Assembly: GCA_964035545.1 (NCBI GenBank)
Contig: OZ037766.1
Location: 32,354,773-32,418,772 of the forward strand
Direction of reading: 5' to 3'
Length of the DNA: 64,000 nucleotides
From: Bugula neritina
Lineage: Eukaryota > Animalia > Bryozoa
The notes beneath the pieces were generated by a model. That model saw only the letters and a list, made by a program, of their open reading frames with translations. It made no database searches and had not been told where the DNA came from. This document shows, one piece after another, positions 1-13,200 of this stretch (positions within the stretch are counted from its first letter, which is position 1; each line of letters opens with the position of its first letter). A program made the position numbers and the translations under genes.

Positions 1-2041
1 TGTTAAGAAATTATAATAATGTATACATGCATGCATGTTCGTAAACATGTACAAGTACATAATATGTGTGTATTGTAACACACTTGCATGCACATACACA
101 CACAATCTACGTGCAGTCTTCACAGTCTACATAGTAGCCTATAGAATATAGATAGTACAGATAATGCTCTCTTTGTTCGCCAACTCCACATGTTATAATA
201 TTATTATAATTATTTTAAAGCCGTGCTTATCTAACTAGAGTTGTCCACTCTTCACAGATGAGCGCGTGCCGGTTTAGTGCGCGGAAACCTTCAACTTTGA
301 TTGCCTCTAATGACAAGTTTAAGTTATTGGTTGCTGATGACTTCAGCGAGTCCTGTGTCAGACTCATAGTCGTAGGATTTGGTATTGCACAGGTTATAAT
401 TAGAATATTTAATATTTATGCAATTACTAACAGTAGACCGGACAGTTTTTATGCAAAAATATTTCATGATTTTGTTAACCTTCCAAGTTTTCTCACCTAG
501 ACAACTGTGCCTGTAGTCCTGCACGGGTAGCTCCAAGCTGAAGCTGTATCAGTATCACTATCAGTTAAACTCATTGTTGATTGTTCAATTAGTATTACTA
601 TTACTATTAGTATTACTATTAGTATTAGTGTTACTAATTAGTAATTAGTATTATTCCATTACTGATTTAATTAGTCATTAGTTATTACTTTCTCTTTTAA
701 TTTCGGCCTTTCCAAAGTCAAGACTAACAGTAACACTGATGCTCATATTTATGCTTAATCCTTTGCACTATCACTAGCACTTTGACTTTGTGACTATCAA
801 TGTAAAACTAAATGTGTGCAGCCACGCTACAGTGATACTGATACTAATTCTTGATAATTGCATTCACTTACAGTTACAGTTCCTCACTAGTATTACTAGA
901 AGTTACTGTTAGTGTTAGTCATGTTATTAGTGAAATATTATTACTCTTACAGTATTACTATTACTATTAGTATTAGCATCCCCTATCAGTATCAGTTAAT
1001 AGACTTAGTAAGTAGCTAGCTAACTACTAGTACTAGGTCTAGATTACTAGTAGTACGTCTACTAGTAGTACGTCTACTAGTAGTACGTCTACTAGTAGTA
1101 GTACTAGTTAATAAGTATGACATTAACTTTGAGTGGTTAACAGTAAACTGAATGATAAAATGAAAATGACTCAATGTCATTGCATTTGATGATGGCAATC
1201 AATTTTATTTTTAAAAGACAAGCAGTTGCACTGACTCACAGTTACTATCAGTATCATTATGACTATCATGTTGAATAACTGCAAGCAAATCAAGTCATGG
1301 TGATGATTTAAAAGTTAGTATGTGGTATGTGACTAAGTCGATCAGGTTCAACACTTGATAGTCAATTGACCTGCATGTTTCAGTCTGTAGTTCAATCAAT
1401 AATATACCACAGATTTATATTAAGTAATGTATTTTATATACTTAATATTGTGATGTATGCAATAGTTTTAGTTGTTTTAAAGTGACTATTTCAGTATTTA
1501 TCTGTAATAAATAAAAAATAATGCTAATGCCAATAGTAATACTAATAATAATACAGATAGGAATAATGGCATGAGCCAGAGATAAAAAACAACTCACTTT
1601 GATTGTGTAGATATTGGGGCCACATTACCATCAGATGCCCACCCTGGCCTATTGCGCAATAAGTTTGTGTTCTAGCCACTAGACAGGGCTGTTTCTCGGC
1701 CTGAGATAAATTGCATTTTAAATACGGCAGGTTTAAATCTTTGTATTACTAAAACGCTGTTCAATCGTTATGATTAAACAACTTTATTAATACGCTTGCT
1801 ATAAATTAGATTGTGCAACTTGCCACCAGTTTAAAGGCTTACAGGAGAAAGTCAGTTTATATTGTCAAGTTAAATGAAGTCCATAGATATTAGTCAGTCA
1901 GTCAAGTCAATCATCTAAACAAGTATAACTAGTCTCAGTTCTGTTTGCAATTCCTTGAGGTATAGTTACTATTAGTGATTGTAATGTACTCATAGTTAAA
2001 GTGTTGATTATGCTTATGCATATGCAGTTATAACTGTGTCA

Positions 2042-2044
<3 letters not shown>

Positions 2045-2077
<33 letters not shown>

Positions 2078-2106
2078 GCGTGTGGTCTGCGTGTGCGTAT
2101 GTGTGT
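2045..2106. repeat. (GT)n/(GC) microsatellite upstream of the PGK ATG
   Basis: Direct inspection. Confidence 0.9.
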
Positions 2107-2190
2107 TTTGCTAGCTACTCATCATGTTAGCTTTATTGTTATTAGAGTAGAATTTATTGAACTTTAAAAATAGATTTTATTTTATTAGAT

Positions 2191-5100
2191 ATGAGTTCTC
2201 TGAATAAACTAAGCGTTGACGGAGTAGAGTTGAAAGACCAGCGTGTTCTTATCAGGTAATGTTAGTTACTGATTGTGTTAGTGCAAAATCCAATTGTTAA
2301 TCGTTATAAACTTATAAATTCAAACCAACAATAATATATTGATCTTTTTAATAATTTAATCATCAATTACCTTTCATGTCGGCATCATATAAATATCGGA
2401 ATGACAGCATTTGATGTATTGATGTCTAATAATTTATTGATTTAAATATATGTGGTTATTTTTGTAATAATGTTGATTATTGCACACATTACATCTTGTT
2501 TAAGTATTTTGAAACAGCATTCATCTTTGGAGTCGTCTGCACTTTGTACTGTGAAAGTTTATAAGTACTGTTATTGCAGGGTGGATTTCAATGTCCCACT
2601 GAAAGAGTCTACAATTACAAATAACCAGAGGTATGTTTGTACTGAGAATTATCTACAAAATTCTGTTAGAATACATTTTAATTTATATTATTCAAGCATT
2701 TTGAAATTTTTCATGTTGACAATCGATATCCAACTAGGTGGGTAATAATTTTCTCCAGTTGAAAATTATGCTGAAATCCATGTTTCTAAAGTGATAATCT
2801 ACTTATTGTAAGACCCATTTAAAGTATATACTTAATGTTTTACTTACAGCAGGCTGTTACTATTTTTTTTAAGTTAAGATATTGGTTGATTAAAAAGATT
2901 GGATTAGCAGAAGATTTTGTAGTTTCAGATCTCTGATTATCCAGAATATTCTGTAGGATTGTAGCTGCGGTTCCTACAATCCAGCATGCCCTGGACTCGG
3001 GAGCTAAGTCTGTGGTGTTGATGAGTCACCTTGGTCGACCAGACGGTAAAAGACAAGAGAAATACTCTCTCAAACCTGTCGCTGCCGAGCTGGAAAAGTT
3101 GCTGTCCAGGTAAAGGCAGTTAGTTACTTTCCAGCCATCACCTGCAAACTACTGTGACAGGTGCTGCAGCTGTATGTCTACTTATAGGGCGTGTAGAACT
3201 AATGGTTTACTACCAGCATAGGGGGAGGGGGGAGGTGTTTGAAGTCTTAACTAAAGATAACAGCTGGGTTTCACTAAACCTCAGCATCTCAGTGACTCAC
3301 AGCTTTATGTTCTTCTATCTGTTACAACATAATATTATAATATTCTAAAATGTCTTATATTGTTATTGTATAATATATTACATCATTGTATTGAAATGTT
3401 ACAATATATTACACCATTGTATTATAATATTACAATATATTACACCATTGTATTATAATATTACAATATATTACATCATTGTATTGTTATGTTATGTATG
3501 ACCATACAGGAAGGTTAACATGCTGTCAGACTGTGTGGGAGAGGAAGTACAGGCAGCGTGTGCGGACCCTACACCTGGTTCTGTGATACTCCTAGAGAAT
3601 CTCCGATTCCACCCAGAGGAGGAAGGGAGCTCCAAGGATGACGCAGGGAAGAAGGTCTGTTGATTAATGCGTGCCCCTTCTGGTGCCACCCCCCCCTCCC
3701 CAATGTACTTTATCGGTAGTTTGAGGCTTGTGTTTATAGAATGCTGTTTCTACTCATATTGTACACTCTCCTTGACCTTTCTAGTCTACACGCTGTTTGA
3801 TATCATGAGTACTGTACACCTGTACTGCTTGTCGACAGGTGAAGGCATCGCCAGAAGCTGTGGCAGCATTCCGAGACTCGCTGACTCGTCTGGGTGACGT
3901 CTATGTGAACGATGCGTTTGGCACGGCTCATCGGGCTCATAGGTAATCTCTCTGTCTGTGTGTCTGTCTCTCTGTGTGTCTGTTGCTCTGTCTCTCCGTC
4001 TGTCTGTCTGTCTGTGTGTCTGTTGCTCTCTCTGTTGTTCTCTCTGTTGCTCTCTCTGTTGCTCTCTCTGTTGCTCTCTCTGTTGCTCTCTCTGTTGCTC
4101 TGTCTGTTGCTCTCCCTGTTGCTCTCTCTGTTGCTCTCTCTGTTGCTCTGTTATAATGTCTGTCTGTTTGTAAGAATTAATAAAGTAAATTAAATAAGAA
4201 TGAGTAAGTTTAATAAAATAGTATCCTATTGTTATTTACATGTCGACATGACTTCTGTTACCAGCTCAATGGTCGGTGTGAATCTGTCCCAGAGGGCATC
4301 TGGTTTCCTCCTCAAGAAGGAGTTGGCTTACTTCGCTAAAGCCTTGGAGAACCCGGAGAAACCTTTCCTCGCTATACTCGGAGGGTATGTCACTCTACCG
4401 CGGTATTGTAACGTCACACTTGGTGTTTATACTCGGAGAGTATGTCACTCTACTACGGTATTGTAGCGTCACACTTGGTGTTTATACTCGGAGGGTATGT
4501 CACTCTACTACGGTATTGTAACGTCACACTTGTTGTTTATACTCGGAGGGTATGTCACTCTACTACGGTATTGTAACGTCACACTTGTTGTTTATACTCG
4601 GAGGGTATGTCACTCTACTACGGTATTGTAGCGTAACGCTTGATGTTTATAGTCGGAGGGTATGTCACTCTACCACGTTATTGTAATGTCACACGTGCTG
4701 TTTATACTCGGAGGGTATGTCACTCTACCACGGTATTTATCAGCCTGGAATCTGGAAGAGTGTTCAGATTAGTTGTGGTTTGTGAGCTGAAGGGGGGGGG
4801 AGTGGGAATTGTGTTCTCTAAATCTAAATTCTGTTCTGCAGAGCAAAGGTGAAGGACAAAATACAGCTGATAGACAACATGTTGGACAAAGTGAACGAGA
4901 TGATAATAGGAGGCGGTATGGCCTTCACCTTTCTCAAAGTGCTTCAGGGTATGAAGGTCAGTCTATAAAAATATATAGACTCTAAGTCTATATACTGTCT
5001 ATATACTATCTATTCTCTCTCTATTCTCTCTCTATAATCTATATACTGTGTCTATAATATTCTCTCTATATACTGTGTCTATAATATACTCTCTATATAC

Positions 5101-6420
5101 TGTGTCTATAATATACTCTCTATATACTGTGTCTATATACTCTCTGTATCTATATAGATAGGAAGTTCACTGTATGACGAAGAGGGGGCAGAAATAGTCC
5201 CAAAACTAATGGAGAAAGCAGAGAAGAACGGGGTGAAGCTACACCTGCCCGTTGACTTTGTCACAGCGTCTAAGTTTGCTGAAGATGCGGATGTGGGAGG
5301 AGCAACTATTGCTGGTGGCATTCCTGACGGCTGGCTTGTAAGTTTATTTTAGTGTTTTTTTTATAGAATATGTAAGGTTATTGAATTGTATAACTATGAT
5401 TAATTTATAGAATAAATATATGCTTCTATGTTATAGAATACTTATGCTTATGTTATCGCGTTTAAGTATGATTATTGTATTGTATTATTCAGAGAATTTA
5501 GATAACCTTGATATTATAGTATCGCAGACATTCATTCACTTGTATCTAACATCACATTTGCTTAATGCTGATTGGCTAACACTTGTAGGGTCTGGACACC
5601 GGCAAAGAGTCGGCTAAGATGTTCACCGAGATTATTTCTCGTGCCAAGTTGATTGTATGGAACGGACCAGTAGGCGTGTTCGAATGGGCCAATTTTGCCT
5701 CTGGAACTAAAACTATGATGGATGACGTTGTGGCAGCAACTATGAAGGGCGTCACTACAATCATAGGTACGTCTTGCTGTCTCGGTGTCTCACAGTCTAA
5801 GCTAGAAGTTTCCAGAAGTTTCAAAACGTAATTGTCGATGCTTTTATAAAATATTGCAAAACCAGAAAACTGTAGAGTTGATGTGAACTGCTTTATAAAC
5901 AGTTCAGTTTGTGGGAGTTGCTTCCCTTTGCAGTGTTGCTAAGTTAGTAAATTCAATACGACCAGTCATCTGCAGTTTAAAGTATTTATTCTAACTGAGT
6001 ATTCAGAAGAGGCTGTGGTTTGAAAAGATGCCATGTTATGTAATATGCTGTCGTTATGGTAGGTGGTGGTGACACAGCAACTGCTGCTGCCAAGTGGAAT
6101 ACTGAGGACAAGGTCAGCCATGTTAGTACCGGGGGCGGAGCTAGTTTAGAACTGCTTGAAGGTTTGTCAACATTCACTTTCTACTCTTTTCGTTATTATT
6201 TATCAATTTATAATTAATATATTGCCATCGGTTATATTATCAAAACACACCATTAAAAACTAAAAATTTTCCCATTTAAGTAATAAAGCACTATTATAGA
6301 GTATTTATTGCTATGATACATACAATATAATCTCACGTTATTACAATTATAAAATATTCCCACAATGCCGTGTTGACAGGTAAAGAGCTCCCTGGAGTGT
6401 CAGCACTATCAGATCTGTAG
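2191..6420 (+). CDS. PGK: Phosphoglycerate kinase, 11 coding exons: 2191-2255, 2580-2630, 2957-3109, 3510-3654, 3839-3942, 4265-4384, 4842-4956, 5158-5337, 5589-5766, 6063-6161, 6380-6420 (1251 nt, 416 aa)
   Basis: Spliced translation gives [96 protein letters not shown]. All introns are GT-AG and the frame is continuous. Confidence 0.97.
3372..3486. repeat. 31-bp AT-rich tandem repeat, ~4 copies, PGK intron 3 near the acceptor
   Basis: Unit TTACAATATATTACACCATTGTATTATAATA. Confidence 0.8.
3948..4170. repeat. 12-bp CT-rich repeat starting just after the PGK exon 5 donor
   Basis: Unit CTCTCTGTTGCT. It explains the three spurious ORFs at 3912-4193. Confidence 0.85.
4373..4737 (+). repeat. 55-bp tandem repeat, 7 units, spanning the PGK exon 6 5' splice site
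   Basis: Unit TATACTCGGAGG|GTATGTCACTCTAC..CACTTGGTGTT starts at 4373, 4428, 4483, 4538, 4593, 4648 and 4703. Confidence 0.95.
4963..5157. repeat. AT-rich ~27-bp repeat filling PGK intron 7 up to the acceptor AG
   Basis: Unit approximately CTCTCTATATACTGTGTCTATAATATA. Confidence 0.75.
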
Positions 6421-6657
6421 CAGAAGGGCCCTTTATGGTGGAGAGATTATTGCGGTGTGCATTACGTCATTAAGCTGAATAATAACCCAACTTCTACTCG
6501 TCTTCATGCTGTGCATTCCTAAGGACTGTTAGAAGTCATGTGACTAGATGTAGTCATGTGACCAGATAGATGTGTGTTGCACTGCTATATAACTATGTTG
6601 TGTATTTTTATCAGTAGATAGAGAATTTGAGGTGCTGAGTTTTAACTTTATACTATA

Positions 6658-6663
6658 AATAAA
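6658..6663 (+). terminator. Candidate polyadenylation signal (AATAAA) of PGK
   Basis: AATAAA about 240 nt after the PGK stop codon. Confidence 0.5.
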
Positions 6664-7208
6664 TTGGATACTTTTCTACAATCATTCTTTATAAAGCTTA
6701 CACTTTTCTTCATATGATAGTATAGTACATGGATAATGGTAATGCATACTACAGATAATGGCATGCTGTGATAGAACAGGATTGATATAAGCAGCTGCTA
6801 GTACTGCTATGATACACGCAAGAACCAGGGCATAACAGTGCACTGTTTTAAGTGAATGCAATACTGTTGATAGAACAGCTTTGTCATTTGTCTCCACTAT
6901 GTACAAGCATAGCTCGCCATACCAAACACAATGTATACAGAGGTAGACATACATATATTGTATCATTTGTTTACATATATAATCAGAAATTAAAAAATAA
7001 AATGATTTATAAGAGGAAAGTACATAAAAATTGTAAAGTAAAACAAATTCAAGACATGTGAGGATGATATAAATATGCATATATTGGATATAATTGACAG
7101 TATATTGATGGAACAACAAAACGGCATACATTTAATCACCCCCATGGAATACTATCACAAATATTGATGATATCGTACACGTAAACTGATGACATCATCA
7201 CACTGTTT

Positions 7209-10200
7209 CTAGCCACTGCACATCATGCAGGCTTCTTTATTCTCCAGACTACAGAGCATAGCTGCCTCGTTTTCCTGACGCTGTTGCTGTTCCACCGCTG
7301 CCTCCTCCTCACTCGCTGCCTTGGCCGGATTGTTCTAGAATAATAATATTCATAGTGAAGACACGTTCATAGCATTCTCAGAGAAACATGGTTTTACAGA
7401 AGTCAATTGGAATACCGCATAGGAATGAGTTAACAGACATACTGTACACATCTCGTGTAACGTGCTAGGTAATAAACTAGCTCACAAAGTAACAAAATGG
7501 ACTCACAGCTTTCAGCTTGCTCTTGTCCACGGTGAACTGGATAGCCTGAGCCGCTCCTTTAGTCCTCAGGTAGTACATTCCCGTCTTGAGGCCCTGCAGG
7601 GTGGTAAGTTTAGAGCATTTCATCAATGTACAGGCTGAGTTATTCATCATAAAGACTTATCAATGGCTACCAAATGATAACACGAGATGGTTATCACCTT
7701 AATTTTTGATAATGAGGATTTTTAATGATGTAAAGTTACAAATTTCAAGATTTCAAATTATCAAGAACTAGCAATAAATGATGGGAAAACTTTAAATAAA
7801 TGCTAGATGAAACAGAAGACAACTACTACACATGATAGGAGGGGGAATCCCAGACGCACCTTCTTCCAGGCGTAGAAGTGCATGCTGGAGATCTTGCCGT
7901 AGTTGGGGTTGGCCATGTGGATATTCAGACTCTGACTCTGGTCTATGAAGGCACCTCGGTCGGCGGCCATGTTGATTATCTGTTTCTGCGAGATCTCCCA
8001 GGTGGTCTTGTAGAGGTCTTTGAGGTGCTGGGGAATGGCTTGACACGACTAGAAAGAAAAGAAGATAACTCTGTGCAGATTACACGTGTACAAGATCACA
8101 TGGTGCATACAGAACTACATACTATACAGATCAAGGAAGAAGCTAGATGTACTACAGAAATACCCAATATCTATGTGTTCCCATTATGAATCGTTTAGAG
8201 CTCATTGCATGAGTTAAGGTCAGTGGAAACACCCTGTACCCGTGTTATTTACAGCACAAGTGATGTCCTCTCTCACCTGAATTGAGCCGCCCTGTGATAT
8301 GATTTCATTCTTCATGTCTTCATTCCAGAGACCAAGTTCTGTGAGGTCGTGGAGCAGATGGTGGTTGACCACCTGAAAAAATAGCAGACGTAGACGTATG
8401 AGTACACTACTAGCAGACGTATGAGTATACAACTAGCAGACGTACGAGTATACAACTAGCAGACGTACGAGTATACAACTAGCAGACGTATGAGTATACT
8501 ACTAGCAGACGTATGAGTATACTAGTAGCAGAGGTATGAGTATACTGCTAGCAGACGTATGAGTATACAACTAGCAGACGTATGAGTATACTACTCAGCA
8601 GACGTATGAGTACACTACTAGCAGACGTATGAGTATACAACTAGCAGACGTATGAGTACATAACTAGCAGACGTATGAGTATACAACTAGCAGACGTATG
8701 AGTATACAACTAGCAGACGTATACCAGTAACAAACCTGAAACTCTCCAGAAAGAACCCTTCTTGTGTAGATGTTACTAGTATAAGGCTCAAAGCTCTCAT
8801 TGTTACCAAGAATCTGTGCAGTAGAGGCTGTTGGCATGGGGGCCAGCAACAGAGAGTTCCTCACACCATACTTAGCAATATCAGATCTCAGTCTAGTCCA
8901 GTCGTTGAGTTCATCTGTTACTTCCACACCCCACATGTCGTGTTGGAGTATCTAAGAGACACGTAATGTTGATCATAATAAATGAATGTTGTAACCTAAC
9001 AGTCAGAAATATCTATAAATAAGCTATGCTTTGGACAGCTGCTCAACCTATTATGATCATGTTATGCTTACAACATACTAACAGAAATATCTTACTCTAC
9101 CGGCAACTGAAAATGATAATATTACTATTTGACACAAATTTATTTCTCACTAGAAATATATATTATTTTCCTAGATTTTGCAAATAGCCTGCTTTTTCCA
9201 CCTCTAAAATGTGAAAGCTACTCCACCCAGAACTATGAATTGATTAGTTTACTATCAGGTCCACACTAGAACTCCCTGCAGCCAGACTGAACAAAAGTTC
9301 TGCCCACAATCCACACGCCTCTTACCCCTTTGCTGACGGGTGATCCGTCGTACGTCTCGTAAGGCCCGTCCTTCTGGGCAATCTCGCAGCTAGCCTCCAG
9401 GGCAGCGAAGTATATCGTCTCAAAGATCTGTTTATTCAGTTTCGCAGCTTCAGGCGAGTCGAAGGGGAACCTCATCAGGATGAACGCATCGGCCAATCCC
9501 TGTATGCCAACCCCGATGGGGCGGTGCTTCATGTTTGACGTCACTGCCTGAGGAAGGGCGGAGTTTCATTATCATACGGTGAATGAATCAATGAATGCAA
9601 TTAAAATTACTTCTAGTAGTGATGTACACTTACTTCTGGTAGTGATGTACACTTTATTCTAGTAGATACATACTCACTTCTAGTAGATATATGCACTTAC
9701 TTCTAGTAGATACATACTTACTTCTAGTACATACATACTAAATCCTAGTAGATACATACTTACTCCTAGTAGATACATACTTACTTCTAGTAGATACATA
9801 CTTACTTCTAGTAGATACATACTTACTTCTAGTAGATACACACTTACTTCTGGCACAGGATAGTAGTTCACTTCTATCACTTTGTTGAGGTTTTTTGTCA
9901 CAACTTTAGTGACTTGTCTGAGTTTGGCAAAGTCGTACGTCTTGTCAGCTTTTACAAACATGTTGACGGCCAGAGAGGCGAGGTTACAGACAGCGACCTA
10001 TAATACAGTGTGTGTAATACGGTGTGTGGGCGATACAGTGTGTATAACACAGTGTGCGTAATACAATGCAATATGCAGTACAGTGCAATATGGTGTGATA
10101 CGGAGTAATATGTTATATAGTAATATAGTGCCACATATTATTATATGCTGTAATATACTATACAGGTAGTGATTGGACGGGTAAATAAAGGTAAAGGTCA

Positions 10201-13200
10201 CCTCGTTGGCGTCGGAGTACTCAATGATCTCTGTACACAGATTACTCGACTTGATGGTGCCGAGGTTCTGCTGATTGCTCTTAGCATTACACGCGTCCTT
10301 GTACAGCATGTACGGGTTTCCTGTCTCCGTTTGAGCTTCTACTATGTGGTACCTGCAGATAACACCTTATAGATAGAGTAACTGCAGATAACACCTTATA
10401 GATGACACCTTGGAGGTACAATAACTGCAGATAACAGCTTTAGTTGAAGGCAACAGGAAATGGCTGAAGTAGACACACAGACAGATGAGCAGAAAGAGAA
10501 ACTTACCACAGTTTCTGAGCGGGAATTGTTCGTCTACCTTTACCCTCTCTCTCGTATCTGTAAACAGAACGTTTATTTGGATATTAGCTTGTAACATCAC
10601 GTGATCAACTCTCGAGTATGAGCTGATGGAGTTGTTATACTGGTAGTTGTGTTTTCCTACTGTATTAGACCCTTGTTATTTAGTAATAACAGCTAGAGAA
10701 ATGAAGTAAGGTTCAATCATCACAGCCAAGTTTATGTGAAATTAACAAGTTTGGTAGCTGGTGAAGTTACTTGGCATAAAGCTGTAAGAAAAAATAGCAA
10801 AGGGTGAAGTTGTCGGATGAACACATCATTTGAAATTATCTCTCCACATCACAGAACACATTTGCATATTTAGAAACATGGGGTGAACATTCAGTCAACC
10901 CTGAGAATCTTATTTCTTGTGGTACGGTAAGACCTCTGCTAGCTAACTATCTCCAGTACACTTAGGATGACACAGCAATTGAGTCTTAGGGAACAAGAAG
11001 GGCACACAGAGTGGCAGCCATCTTATCCGCAGCTGACGCGACACTCACCTCTCGTAGAGCTCCACAAACTCGTCGCCCCACGTGTCGGAAAGTCCCGGAC
11101 ACTCGTGGGGACACATCAACGTCCAATCACTGTTAGACTCTACTCTCTGCATGAACAGGTCGGGAATCCAGAGGGCGTAGAACAAATCCCTCGCTCTCTG
11201 CTCGTCCTTACCTGCAGTGAAGGACAGAGGGTAACGCAGTGAAGGACAGAGGGTAATGCAGTGAAGGACAGAGGGTAATGCAGTGAAGGACAGAGGGTAA
11301 CACAGTGAAGGACAGAGGGTAATGCACTAAAGGACAGAGAGTAATGCAGTGAAGGACGGTTTATAGTTCTGACTCTAATTAGACAAAACTGTATTTGGAC
11401 CAAGAATTGGAACACAGTCTTTAAATTAAATACTACAGACCGACTTCCAGCAACAGAACATTCTAGAATACCTGTATTCTTCCTGCAGTCCAGAAAGTCG
11501 TAGACATCTGCATGCCATGGCTCCAGATAGATAGCAAAGGCCCCGGGTCTCTTGTTCCCACCTTGGTCAACGTACCGGGCGGTGTTGTTGAACACCCTCA
11601 ACATTGGCAACAGGCCATTCGACGTGCCGTTAGTCTATAAAATAGCATTGAGTTACTTCCTTCAAATCTAATTGTTACTATACTATATGAGTTACAATAC
11701 TATACGAGTTAAAATACTATACGAGTTAAAATACTATACGAGTTACAATACTGTATGAGTTACAATACTGTATGAGTTACTATACTGTATGAGTTACAAG
11801 TTAGAATACTACAAAAATACTCATATGTATAATCACTGTAACATTGAATAAGTTTCTAGAAGATTCGCTGAGTGACTCACCCCGGCAATGTAGCTGCCAT
11901 GGGCTCTTATGTTGTGTATATGAATACCAATTCCCCCGGCAGACTGTAAAATAGAGAACACAACTTCAAACACTAATCACAGCTGAGCATCAGGTTGGCA
12001 ACAGACCCATTATTTACGTAGAATTAAACATTTCTTATCTACATAAGACAAGTGTTTATATAATCATAAAACCGAGCTAAATATAAGACAACTCTGAATA
12101 AGAAGAAAGCTTGGAATACTAGTTAACCTTGCTGATCATGGCGCACTGCTTCAGAGTGTCGTAGATGCCTTCTATGCTGTCAGACTGCATAGCCAGGAGG
12201 AAGCAACTGCTAAGCTGGGGTCTAGTAGTGCCCGCGTTGAATAGAGTGGGGGACGCGTGGGTGAACCACTTCTCTGACAGAAGGTTGTACGTCTCAATGG
12301 CTGAGTCTATGTCATCGCCATGGATACCAACCGACACTCTCATCAACATGTGTTGAGGTCTCTCAGCAACTGTTGAATGTATAGATGGAGTGAATAATAC
12401 ATGATGTCTACAGTACGGTGTAGTGGTTTATATATAAAACATTGATATCTATTGACTAAATGGGGCCATAAAATAAAACTCAACGCCATAAAATAAATAT
12501 TACCACCGAATCCTTTTCACAAAATCAATTGATAGATGTCTCATGACAGACAAACAGACATAAAGATAGACATATACATAAAGACATAGACAGACATGGA
12601 TGTACACTGGTGAACTACTGGAAGGCACCAAACGCTCACCTTTGCCGTCAACACGCAGTAAATATGATCTCTCCAGTGTCTTGAAGCCGAAGTAGTTGTA
12701 ACCAAAGTCACGGTCGTATATAATAGCCGAGTTCAACCTCTACAATTCCACACAACCAGTGAGAGTAACATAAACAATCAGGCTTTACATGAAGTTCAAT
12801 ATATAAAGTTATGGTAACAGTATCAGTCTGGTGAGATGGAAATTGTATCAGAATAAATATATTCAACTGAATTCCTAATTTGTGCGAAAAATCGCAGGAA
12901 ATTTCAAAGAGAGTTAATGAGTTAAAAACTAGTTAACACGAATGTGTCGTAGAAATTGAAATTACATTTTGCTTGCTTTAAATTTTAGAAAAATCTTAAA
13001 AAATGCACTTTAATTTTATTTTTGAAAGTAATTGCTGAACTAGTGGAGGAAAAATTAGAAAAATGTAGAGCTAAAGCATTCTCTATAGAGAAAGGAGAAA
13101 CTAACGTCTGCATTAGTCCTGATGATGGCCATAGTCTTGTCGCTTATCATGGGGGAACGTTTGCCGGTCTTGGGGTTGACCCAGTTGTACAGATTCTCCA

